In this document: one piece after another, positions 49,299 to 59,700 of the stretch
Layout of the letters: each line of letters opens with the position of its first letter
How positions within the stretch are numbered: position 1 is the first letter of the stretch
Source: an uncultured Chloroflexia bacterium
GTDB taxonomy: Bacteria > Chloroflexota > Limnocylindria > Limnocylindrales > CSP1-4
Direction of reading: 5' to 3'
Assembly: GCA_963732805.1 (NCBI GenBank)
Contig: CAVTAW010000001.1
Coordinates: forward strand, 619,095 to 683,094
Length of the DNA: 64,000 nucleotides
Position numbers and translations under genes: made by a program
The notes under the pieces: model-generated
Told to the model about the DNA's origin: nothing
Seen by the model: only the letters and a program-made list of their open reading frames with translations
Databases searched by the model: none

Positions 49299-50572
49299 AT
49301 GCGCCGCGAGATCGAGATGCCGCGCCTCTCGGATGCCGTCGAGGAAGGCGTGCTGGTCACCTGGCTCGTCGAGGCCGGCGCGACCGTTCGAGTCAGGGCG
49401 ACCTGGTCGCGGAGGTCCAGGTGGAGAAGGCCTCCTCGGAGGTCCGCGCGCCGGCCACGGGTCGCATGGCGAGCCTGCTGGTCGCACCGGGCGAGGTGGT
49501 CGCCCAGGGGGCCCCGATCGCGGTGCTCGAGACGGTCGAGGCTCCGGGGAGCCGGGAGTCCTCGAGTCCGATGGTCGGCGTCATGGCGTCGTCGCCTGGC
49601 ACGGGCGCGGACGAGCCGGCCGGACCAGGCGGGTCTGGGGAGGGGGCGCCGTCGACTGCAGCGCCGATCGGCTCGGCGGAGGTCGTCGCCTCGCCCTCGG
49701 CGAAGCGGCTCGCCCGGGAGCTCGACGTCGACCTGCGGTCGGTCACCGGGTCCGGACCGGGGGGCCGGATCGTCGAGGCGGACGTCCGTGCCGCGGCGAT
49801 GCGTGCGACCGGGGTCGGTGAGCCGGCGCCCGCGGGGGCGGCCCCGCCACGCCCCCCCGGCGGGGACATCGAGCCGCTGTCGGCGATGCGGCGGACGATC
49901 GCCGATCGACTCCGGTCGGGCCTGGTGTCAACCGCGCAGCTCACGGTCCACGCTGACGCGGACGTCACCGATCTCGCCCAGGCGCTGACGCGCTGGTCGG
50001 CCGACGCCGGCCGGCGTTTCACGTACACCGAGGCGATCGTCCGTGCCGCGGCGCTCGCCCTGCGCGACCATCCGCGCGTCGCGAGCCGCTGGACCGATCG
50101 CGGGCTCGTGCCCGCGAAGCGCCTCGACATCGGCGTCGCAGTCGCGCTCGATGATGGTCTGATCGTGCCCGTCGTCCGGGACGCGGATCGCAAGGACCTG
50201 CCAGCGCTTGGGACCGAGATCGCCGACCTGGCCGAACGTGCGCGCACCGGAACGCTCGCGCCGGCGGACACCGAGGGCGCCTGCTTCAGCGTGACCAACC
50301 TGGGCGCCTACCGGATCGACGCGTTCACGCCGCTGCTCAATCCGCCGCAGACGGCGATCCTGGGCGTGGGCCGGGCGCGCCCGCGCCCGGCGGTCGTGGA
50401 TGGGGCGGTCGTCTCGAGGATCCTGGTCGTGCTGAGCCTGACCTTCGACCACCAGGTCGTGGACGGCGCCCCGGCCGCGGCGTTCCTCGAGGCCATCGTG
50501 CGCCTCCTCGAGCGTCCGCAGGACCTGCGCCTCGCAGGCGATCAGCCGGGGCAGGGGAGCCGCGGGGCCTGA
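49299..50572 (+). pseudogene. E2 dihydrolipoamide acyltransferase (AcoC/PdhC-type) with a frame break in the lipoyl domain
   Basis: ATG 49299 behind GGAGGTGG. MRREIEMPRLSDAVEEGVLVTWLVEAGATV, a frame change at 49389-49396, then GDLVAEVQVEKASSEVRAP...SPSAKRLARELDVDLRSVTGSGPGGRIV...LTFDHQVVDG to the stop at 50572. Confidence 0.8.
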
Positions 50573-50655
50573 CCGGCGGGCGGCCGCGGCGGCGACGGCG
50601 TCGGCGGGCGCATGACCGGTGGGCGGCTGCGGCGGCGACGGCGTCGCCCCCCGCC
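50570..50655. repeat. 43-bp tandem duplication (2 copies, 33-nt conserved core with 2 mismatches) starting at the E2 stop codon
   Basis: tgaccggcgggcggccgcggcggcgacggcgtcg (50570-50602) versus tgaccggtgggcggctgcggcggcgacggcgtcg (50613-50645). Confidence 0.75.
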
Positions 50656-52001
50656 TATCCGGACGCGGCCGCGGCGGCCAGGCTGTCCGCAAATCGCTCG
50701 AGCGACTTCGCCGTCCGGGACAGCGGCACCATCACCAGCGGTGTGCAGGCCGCGGTACACCGCACGGCGTACGCTGCCGCCTCGCGCAGCCGCTCCTCCA
50801 TCAGCACCCATGCCGCCGCGCGGTGAGGCAGCAGGTAGTCCACCTCGTAGAACAGCTCGAACGTGGGACCGGCGGTCACCTCCGGGTGATCGGGATCGAT
50901 GGGCAGCATCGTGATCACCGTCCCCAGCGGCTTGATCGCACCGTACATGAGCCCCACGGCGACGTCGGCCAGCACCCCCAGCTGCCCCTCCGTCTCGTCG
51001 GTGTGCGCGAAGTACCGGGAGAGCACCTGGAGCAGGACCTCGTTCACGACGTTGAGCAGGTCCATGGCCCGGGTGGTGCCGGGCTCCGTGATGACCGGCA
51101 GGGTCGGGCCATGCGTGGACGGGCGGACGCGGGCCGCGGCCACGGGACGGGCAGGCTCGAAGCCCGGTTCCTGCCGGCGCAGCTCGGTCAGCTCGTCGAG
51201 GATCCCCAGCAGGCGGCCGAAGTGCGCGTCGCGCCACTCGCCGCGCGCGCCCTCACCCTGCTCAACGATCGTGTCGATCGCGCGCCGCGCGCTCGCAAGG
51301 TCGACCACGGCAACCAGCTCCGGCCAGCGGAAGTGCTCCTCCGTGGCCTGGGCGTTGGGCTGGCCCACGAACAGGCGATCCTCGCCCAGGCGCTCCGCGA
51401 GCTGCTCGAGCCCGACCTCGATCGACCGGTAGAGCTGGCCGATCGTCTCGAACTCCTGGAGCTGTGGCGCGATCATGTCCTCCGGGTCGTGGTGCAGCGG
51501 CTCGGCCCGCTCGAGCGCCGCGAACCCCTCCGCGTCGTCGAACGCCATCCCCTGGGGTCGCTCCAGGTACGCGAAGTGCCGGAGGGCCTCGTCTCCGAAC
51601 GGCAGCAGCTCGATACGCACGCCGGCCGGATAGTGATAGGACGGCACCGGGAAGTTCGGACGAGCCAGTCGGGGCGCACCGCCCACCGCCGTGAGGAGGT
51701 TCTGGACGAGGGCGAGGTGGAGCATCTCCTGCTCCGCGATGCCGGTGAGCATCTTGCGCCAGCGTCCGGTGGCCGCGACGCCCGCCTCGGACATGCCCTC
51801 GGCCTCGGTCTGCCTGAGCGAGAACGCCGCGTACAGGTACTGGAGCATGATCAGGTGCTCGAGCTCGGCCGCCTTGCCCAGCGTGTAGATCAGCGCTTCT
51901 CGATGCTCGAGCCGGACCGGATGTCCCGCCGCGATCCCCCCGCGGGTGGCGAGGACGTGTGCGAGCGGGCCGGACGGACCGGCCGGCGTCTGGTCGGACA
52001 T
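50655..52001 (-). CDS. Ferritin-like domain protein (four-helix-bundle, VioB/StaD-related superfamily by memory)
   Basis: Internal ATG 52001 behind GGAGG, 448 aa. REALIYTLGKAAELEHLIMLQYLYAAFSL...IAEQEMLHLALVQNLL is the signature I associate with the Pfam Ferritin-like family. Confidence 0.6.
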   Translation of the reverse strand: MSDQTPAGPSGPLAHVLATRGGIAAGHPVRLEHREALIYTLGKAAELEHLIMLQYLYAAFSLRQTEAEGMSEAGVAATGRWRKMLTGIAEQEMLHLALVQNLLTAVGGAPRLARPNFPVPSYHYPAGVRIELLPFGDEALRHFAYLERPQGMAFDDAEGFAALERAEPLHHDPEDMIAPQLQEFETIGQLYRSIEVGLEQLAERLGEDRLFVGQPNAQATEEHFRWPELVAVVDLASARRAIDTIVEQGEGARGEWRDAHFGRLLGILDELTELRRQEPGFEPARPVAAARVRPSTHGPTLPVITEPGTTRAMDLLNVVNEVLLQVLSRYFAHTDETEGQLGVLADVAVGLMYGAIKPLGTVITMLPIDPDHPEVTAGPTFELFYEVDYLLPHRAAAWVLMEERLREAAAYAVRCTAACTPLVMVPLSRTAKSLERFADSLAAAAASG

Positions 52002-52210
52002 GGTGTCCCGGGTGCCTCCGAGGGGAGTGCCGGTCCGTCGCGGATCCGGAGCGGCACGCACCGCAGCCTAGCGCACCCGCGCCCAGGCCACGCGCGGTGT
52101 CCCATCGCTCGGCGTGCCGGTTTATCCGATCCGGGCGCGCATACTCCGGCCAGTCACGGACGGCGCGGCTGCCGGGAGCCCGTGACCCACCCATCGGGAG
52201 GGCAACCCGC

Positions 52211-53653
52211 TTGACCACGCCGGACGCTGCCCCGGTGATCATCGCCGACCAGATCACGAGCTTCACCGCCTGCGAGCTGAGCGAGGCGATCCACGCCCGT
52301 CGCGTGTCGTGCCGCGAGGTCATGGCCGCCTATCTCGACCGGATCGATGCGTTGAACCCGGCCTGCAACGCGATCGTCAGCCTGCAGCCCCGCGAGGGCC
52401 TCCTCGACCAGGCCGACCGGCGGGACAGCCAGCTCGCCCGCGGCGAGGATCTGGGCTGGATGCATGGCTTTCCGATGGCGATCAAGGACCTCGTCGCGAC
52501 CGCCGGCGTCCGGACCACGTGGGGATCGCCCCTGTTCGCCGAGCACGTCCCGACCGCGGACGACCTGCTCGCCGCGCGCATGAAGCGGGCCGGGGCGATC
52601 GTCATCGGCAAGACCAACACGCCCGAGTTCGGGCTCGGCTCGAACACCTACAACCGCGTGTTCGGCATCACCCGCAACGCGGTCGATCCGTCGCGGTCCG
52701 CCGGCGGATCGAGCGGCGGAGCGGCGGTCAGCCTGGCCCTGCGGATGCTGCCGGTCGCCGACGGCAGCGACATGATGGGCTCGCTGCGCAATCCCGCTGC
52801 GTTCAACGGCGTGTACGGCTTCCGCCCCAGCCCGGGGCGCGTGCCCGGAGGGCCGCCCGAGTCGGGGTTCGTGGACGAGATGGGTACCGAGGGCCCGATG
52901 GGCCGCACGGTCCGCGACCTCGCCATGCTGCTCTCGGTGCAGGCCGGCCCGGATCCGTCGACACCGCTCTCGCTCGCGGAGCCCGGCGAGGTCTTCGCGT
53001 GCCCGCTCGAGGCGGATCCACGCGGCACCCGGGTCGCCTGGCTCGGCGACCTGGACGGCTACCTGGCGATGGAACCCGGGATCCTCGAGGCCTGCGAGGC
53101 CGGCCTCGCGCGGCTCGAGTCGCTCGGCTGCCGCGTCGAGGCCGTCGCCCTCGGCTTCGCCCCGGAGCGGGCCTGGCAATCGTGGATCACCCTCCGCAAC
53201 TGGCTCGTCGCGGGCCGCCGCGCCGCGATCTACCGGGATCCCGTGCAGCGGGCGCAGCTCAAGCCCGAGCTGGTCTGGGAGATCGAGCGCGGCCTCCCGC
53301 TCACCGGGCTCGAGGTCCACGCGGCCAACCTGGACCGGACCGCGCTGTACCGCCACTTGCTGACCCTGTTCGAGCGCTTCGACGTGCTCGTGCTGCCCAC
53401 CGCGCAGGTCTGGCCGTTCGATGCCCAGATGCACTGGCCGAAGGCCATCGGGAATGTCGCGATGGACACGTACCACCGCTGGATGGAGGTCACGATCTAC
53501 GCCACGCTCGGGGGGTTGCCGGCGATCAGCGTGCCGGTCGGGACCAGCGCCGCCGGACTGCCGATGGGGATGCAGCTCATGGGTCGCCCGCGGGGCGACC
53601 TTGACGTTCTCGTCCTGGGCCACGCGTACGAGGCGACGGCACGGCACGCGTGA
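52211..53653 (+). CDS. Amidase (amidase-signature family)
   Basis: The start is set at TTG 52211 behind GGGAGGG; the upstream track residues are junk. GFPMAIKDL, GKTNTPEFG, signature SAGGSSGGAAVSLA...GSDMMGSLRNPAAFNGVYGFRPS. Confidence 0.85.
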   Translation: MTTPDAAPVIIADQITSFTACELSEAIHARRVSCREVMAAYLDRIDALNPACNAIVSLQPREGLLDQADRRDSQLARGEDLGWMHGFPMAIKDLVATAGVRTTWGSPLFAEHVPTADDLLAARMKRAGAIVIGKTNTPEFGLGSNTYNRVFGITRNAVDPSRSAGGSSGGAAVSLALRMLPVADGSDMMGSLRNPAAFNGVYGFRPSPGRVPGGPPESGFVDEMGTEGPMGRTVRDLAMLLSVQAGPDPSTPLSLAEPGEVFACPLEADPRGTRVAWLGDLDGYLAMEPGILEACEAGLARLESLGCRVEAVALGFAPERAWQSWITLRNWLVAGRRAAIYRDPVQRAQLKPELVWEIERGLPLTGLEVHAANLDRTALYRHLLTLFERFDVLVLPTAQVWPFDAQMHWPKAIGNVAMDTYHRWMEVTIYATLGGLPAISVPVGTSAAGLPMGMQLMGRPRGDLDVLVLGHAYEATARHA

Positions 53654-53796
53654 GCCCGCGTCGCGGCATGTCAGAAGACGGACAGCCGCGCCGCGTGCGA
53701 CGCTGGTCGGGCGCGCCCGGCTGGTACCCCTATGATCTGCGCATGCAGATGGCGATGCGGATCCGGGAGGGCTCGGCCGCGCGCTGAGGACCGTAC

Positions 53797-56700
53797 GTGC
53801 CTTCAACCCCCTCCCTGCGGGACCGGCCGGTCAGCGTCCTCGGGTCGGCCCGGAGGCCGACACGCCCGCTCGGCGATCTCGGGGACCCCATCGTCTCGGA
53901 GCTGTTCAGCGTCGATCGCCTCGAGCAGCACGCCCGCTCGCTCGCCTCCGCCCAGGTCGCCACGGGTGAGCCGCGTCGCGCACGCCCGATCCGGCCTCGC
54001 GTCGAGGAGAACGGTCGCGTCCTCCTCGAGTGCTACCGGGTGCTCGCGGGTGCCATCAGGGAGGAGCGCTCGATCACGCCCGCCGCGGAATGGCTGGTCG
54101 ACAACTTCCACATCGTGGACGAGCAGCTGCGCGAGATTCGCGACGATCTGCCCGCGGACTACTATCGCCAGCTGCCGAAGCTGGGCGAGGGGCACCTCGA
54201 GGGCTACCCGCGTGTCGTCGGCCTGGCCTGGGCCTACGTGGCGCACACGGACAGCCGTTTCGACCCCGACAGCCTGCGGCGCATGGTCCGTGCCTACCAG
54301 CAGGTCGCGCCACTGACCATCGGGGAGCTGTGGGCGATCGCGATCAGCCTGCGGATCATCCTGGTCGAGAACCTCCGCCGCCTTGCCGAACGGATCGTTC
54401 GCAGTCGGGCGGCGCGCCAACGGGCGGACGAGCTGGCCGACAGCCTGCTTGGCATCGGACGCGACAGCCCGGGGGTCGCCGAGGCGAGGCTGCGCAGGCT
54501 CACCGACGAGACGATGCCTGCGGCCGGCCGGGTCCGACTGTTCCAGCGATTGCGTGATCAGGATCCCGCCGTGACGCCGGCGCTCGGCTGGCTCGAGGAC
54601 CTCCTCGCCGCCGAGGGCACGACCGCCGAGGAGATGGTGCGTCTCGATCACCAGCGGCAGGCAGCGATGAACGTGACCGTCCGGAACGTGATCACGAGCA
54701 TGCGCTTCATCTCGTGGTTCGACTGGGCCCGGTTCGTCGAGGGCGTCAGCCTGGTCGACGAGATCCTGCGGTTCCATGACTCATTCGGGGACATGGACTT
54801 CGCCACGCGAGATCAATACCGACATGCCATCGAGGAGCTCAGTCGTGGCTCGGGGAGCACGGAGGTGGAGGTTGCGCGCCGTGCCATCGCCCTTGCGCGG
54901 GAAGCACGTGGCGTCCCGGACGCCAACCTCGCCAGTGGCCGCATCCACGGCGCGCATCTCGACGACGGCGATCCGGGTCGTCTGTTCGACCCCGGCTACT
55001 ACCTGATCTCCGGCGGCCGACCGGACCTCGAGCGGTCGCTCGAGGTCCGCGTGCCGAGGTCCCGCAGGTTGCGAAGGGCCTACAGGTCCGCGCCATCCGC
55101 CTACCTGGCCACGCTGGCGGTGGCGACCGCATTGATCCTCGCCGTTCCACTCCTGCTCGCCGGTGTTGGGGGCGCGACCGGCGCCAACCTGCTTCTCTTC
55201 GCCGTCCTCGCCCTCATCCCGGCCTCTGACCTGGCGATCGCGCTCGTCAACCGGGTGGTGACCGATGTCTTCGGCCCGGTGCGCCTCCCCCGGCTGGAGC
55301 TGGCCGACGGCGTGCCAGCCGAGCTCCGGACGCTGATCGTGGTCCCCACGCTCCTCACGACGGAGACCGCGGTCGAGGAACAGGTCAATCGCCTCGAGAT
55401 CCACTACCTGGGCAACGTCGAGGGCGATCTTCGGTTCGCCCTCCTCTCTGACTGGCTTGACGCGGCGAGCGAGACCGTTCCCGGCGATGACGAGCTGCTT
55501 GCGACGGCGGCCGCCGCGATCGACCGCCTCAATGCCCGCCACGGTGAGGCGCCCGGCGGGGGTGCCCGATTCCTCCTGTTCCATCGGCGCCGCCGCTGGA
55601 ACGAGAACGAGCGTCGCTGGATGGGCTGGGAACGCAAGCGCGGCAAGCTCCATGAGCTCAACTCCCTCCTTCGTGGCTCGACGACGACGGACTTCGTGCC
55701 TGCGGGGCGCGCCGCGTCCATTCCACCCTCCGACGTGCGCTACGTCCTGACCCTCGACTCCGACACCCGACTGCCCCGGGGCGCGGCGGCGCAGCTGGTC
55801 GGGACGATCGCCCACCCGCTCAACCGGCCGAGCTTCGACGCCCGAACCGGGCGCGTCGAGCACGGCCACGCGATCCTCCAGCCCCGGATTGCACCCACGC
55901 TTCCCGCTGAGCGCGGCGCATCCCTGTTCCAGCGCACCTACTCCGGTGCCGCGGGGATCGATCCCTACGCCTCTGCAGTGTCCGATGTCTACCAGGACCT
56001 GTTCGGCGAGGGGAGCTACACGGGGAAGGGCATCTACGACCTCGACGCCTTCGAGCAGGCGCTGGCGGGCCGGGTGCCCGAGAACACGCTCCTGAGCCAC
56101 GACCTGTTCGAGGGCACGTTCGCGCGTGCCGGCCTGGTGACCGACGTCGAGCTGTTCGACGAGTTCCCGTCCGACTACCGCGAAGCCACAGCCCGCCAGC
56201 ACCGTTGGGCGCGGGGAGACTGGCAGCTGCTGCCCTGGATCCTCGGCCGCGCCCGCGATGCCACGGGCCGGCGGCGACGGAGCGGCCTGGACAGGATCGC
56301 TCGCTGGAAGATGGTCGACAACCTGCGACGGACCCTGTCCGCCCCGATCACGTTCGCCACCCTCCTCGCAGCCTGGACGGTGTCGACGTCGGCGGCGGTG
56401 ATCTGGACCGGGTTCGTGCTCGCCGCCATCATCATTCCCGATGCGATGCCGGTCGCGGCCGGCCTGCTGCCGCGTCGACGGGGCATCTCCAAGCGCAGTC
56501 ACCTTCGCGCCGTCGCCTCGGACGTCACCCTTGCCGCCGCGCACGTGGTCCTCGGCCTGGCCTTCCTCGCTCACCAGGCGGCGCTGATGAGCGACGCCAT
56601 CGTGCGCACGCTGGGGCGGCTGTGGCTCACGCGCCGGAACCTGCTCGAGTGGACGACCGCCTCCCAGACCAAGGCCAGCCTTGACCTGGACCCGGCCGGG

Positions 56701-59700
56701 TTCTATCGGCAGATGGCCGGCGGCGTCGCCATCGCGGGTGCCGTCGGGGTGCTCGTCCTCGCCCTCGATCCGGCGGCGCTCCCGATCGCCGGCCCATTCG
56801 TGGCGCTGTGGCTCCTCGCACCCGTCATCGCGCGCGGGGTCAGCCTGCCGCCCGCCGAATTGGCCGGCCGGCAGCTTTCCGCTACCGATGCGGGCGCGCT
56901 CCGGCTCATCGCCCGCAGGACGTGGCGGTTCTTCGAGACATATGTCGGTCCCGAGGACAACGCTCTGCCGCCCGACAACTTCCAGGAAGATCCGCTACCG
57001 GTCGTCGCCCACCGGACGTCGCCGACCAACATCGGGCTGTACCTGCTCGCGACCGTCACGGCTCGCGACTTCGGCTGGATCGGGACGCTCGAGACCGTCG
57101 AGCGGCTCGAGGCGACGCTCGCCACCATCGCCCGGCTCGAGCGCTTCCACGGTCACCTCTATAACTGGTACGACACTCGGGACCTGAATCCGCTCGACCC
57201 TGCCTACGTCTCGTCGGTCGATAGCGGCAACCTGTGCGCCGCGTTGCTCGGGCTCTCGAACGCCTGTCGCGAGATGCTCGACCGGCCCCTCCCGATCGAG
57301 GCGGCGCGCGCCGGCATCACCGACGCCATCCGGCTGACCCGCCAGGCGGCCGCGGGCATCGGTGACGAGCGACGTACGGAGACGCTCACCCGGCGGCAGC
57401 TTGCCGAGGCCCTCGAGCCCCTTGACGGAGCGCTGGATGCTCCGGCGACGGACGAAGCCTGGGCCGCCCAGCTGGCGGACCTCGCCTCCTACGCCCGAAC
57501 CCTCGCCGACGTCACCGTTGCCCTGACCGCGGAGCGCGGCGACGGAGGTGACGGCGAGCTCGTGTCCTGGGCGGCGGCAGTGCGCCACACGGTTGACAGT
57601 CATCGTCGTGATCTCCAGCTTCTCCAGGCGGCCGGCGCGGCGAGTCCGACCGTCCGCACGCCCGACCGCGGGCCGACGCCGCGGCCTACGCTGTCCGAGC
57701 TGGCGGACCTGCAGGTCATCGCTGGCGGCGAGCTGGGCCGAGCCGACGCCGCGGTTGCACTCGCCCGGCGACTCCAGCTGATCGCCGACTCCGCCCAGCA
57801 GCTGTTCGCCGCGACGGAATTCGGCTTCCTGTTCGATCCGACGCGGAAGCTGTTCTCGATCGGCTTCCGGGTTACGGAGGGCGCGCTGGACCCGAGCTAC
57901 TACGACCTGCTGGCGTCGGAGGCCCGCCTCGCGAGCTTCCTCGCGATCGCCAAGGGTGACGTCGCCCCGGATCACTGGTTCCGGCTGGGTCGCGCCTTGA
58001 CCCCCGTCGGTCGCGGCTCGGCGCTCATCTCATGGTCGGGGTCGATGTTCGAGTACCTCATGCCCGCCCTGGTCATGCGTGCTCCCGCCCGAAGCCTGCT
58101 GGACCAGACCTATCGCCTGGTGGTGGGGCGCCAGATGAGCTACGCCGCCGAGCGTGGCGTGCCGTGGGGCATCTCCGAATCGGCGTTCAGCGAACGCGAC
58201 CTCGATCAGACATATCAATACTCGAGCTTCGGTGTGCCGGGCCTCGGCCTCAAGCGAGGGCTGAGCGAGGACGTCGTCGTCGCGCCCTACGCGACGGCGC
58301 TCGCCGCGATGATCGAGCCGGAGGCGGCGGTCAGGAACTTCGCTCGCCTGGGCACGGCCGGTGCGAGCGGGCGGTACGGGTTTCGCGAGGCGCTCGACTA
58401 CACGGGACGCCGGCTCCCCGAGGGAGCCACGGTCGCGGTCGTCAACAGCTACATGGCGCACCACCAGGGCATGGCGCTGGTCGCGCTCGGAAACGTCCTC
58501 AACAACAGCGCCATGGTCGAGCGCTTTCACGCCGATCCGATCGTCCGGGCAACCGAGCTGCTCCTGCAGGAGCGAATGCCTCGCGACGTCCTCGTCGCGC
58601 GCCCGCGCGCCGAGGAGGTGACCAGCTCGGCCGATGTCCGTGACCTCGTGCCGCCGGTGCTGCGTCGCTTCAGCTCCCCCCACGACCTGACGCCGCGGAC
58701 CCACCTGCTCTCGAACGGGCGCTACGCAGTCATGATGACGGCCGCGGGATCCGGCTACAGCCGCTGGGGCGACATCGCCGTGACGCGCTGGCGCGAGGAT
58801 GTGACCCGCGATACGTGGGGCAGCTACCTGTACCTGCGTGATCCACGCACGGGCGCCGTATGGTCGGCCGGCCATCAGCCGAGCGGGGTTGAGGCCGACA
58901 GCTACGAGGTCAACTACTCCGAGGAGCACGCCGAGTTCTCGCGTCGCGACGGCTCGATCGTGACGGGCCTCACCGTCGTCGTATCGGCCGAGCACGACGC
59001 CGAGATCCGCCGCGTGTCGCTGACGAACCTGGGCTCCCACAACCGCGAGATCGAGCTGACGTCCTATGCCGAGATCGTCCTGGCGCCCCAGGCAGCGGAC
59101 GTCGCGCACCCTGCCTTCCAGGATCTCTTCGTGCAGACGGAGTTCACGCCTGAGATCGGTGCCCTCCTGGCCACTCGCCGACCGCGGTCGAGGGGCGAGC
59201 GACAGATCTGGGCAGCTCATGTGGCTGCAGTCGAGGAGCAGGCCGGCGGCGTCATCGGGTACGAGACGGATCGCAACCGCTTCCTCGGCCGCGGGCGATC
59301 GGTCCGCTCGCCGGTCTCCGTGATCGACGGCCGGCCGTTGTCGGACACCGTCGGAGCGGTGCTGGATCCGATCTTCAGCCTTCGCTGTCGCGTGTCCATC
59401 GCCCCGGGCGCGACCGCCCATGCGATCTTCTCGACCGTCGTCGCCGAGTCCCGCGAGGAGGTCCTGGACCTCGCCGACAAGTACCGTGAGCCGGCGACCT
59501 TCGAGCGGGCGGCAACCCTGGCCTGGACGCAGGCGCAGGTCCAGCTCTACCACCTCGGTGTCGAAGCCGACGAGGCCCACCTGTTCCAGCGTCTCGCCAA
59601 CCGGATCCTCTACTCCGATCCCACCCTTCGACCGGCCCCCACCCTGCTGGCCCGCAACGAGCGCGGAGCCCCCGGGCTGTGGGTGCACGGCATCTCTGGT

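Noticed and set aside
48272-50572. 766-aa ORF and the 671-aa ORF 47200..49215, taken at face value as single proteins
   Set aside because: They are chimeras created by frame breaks. Each contains real E1/E2 segments joined by Arg-rich out-of-frame stretches.
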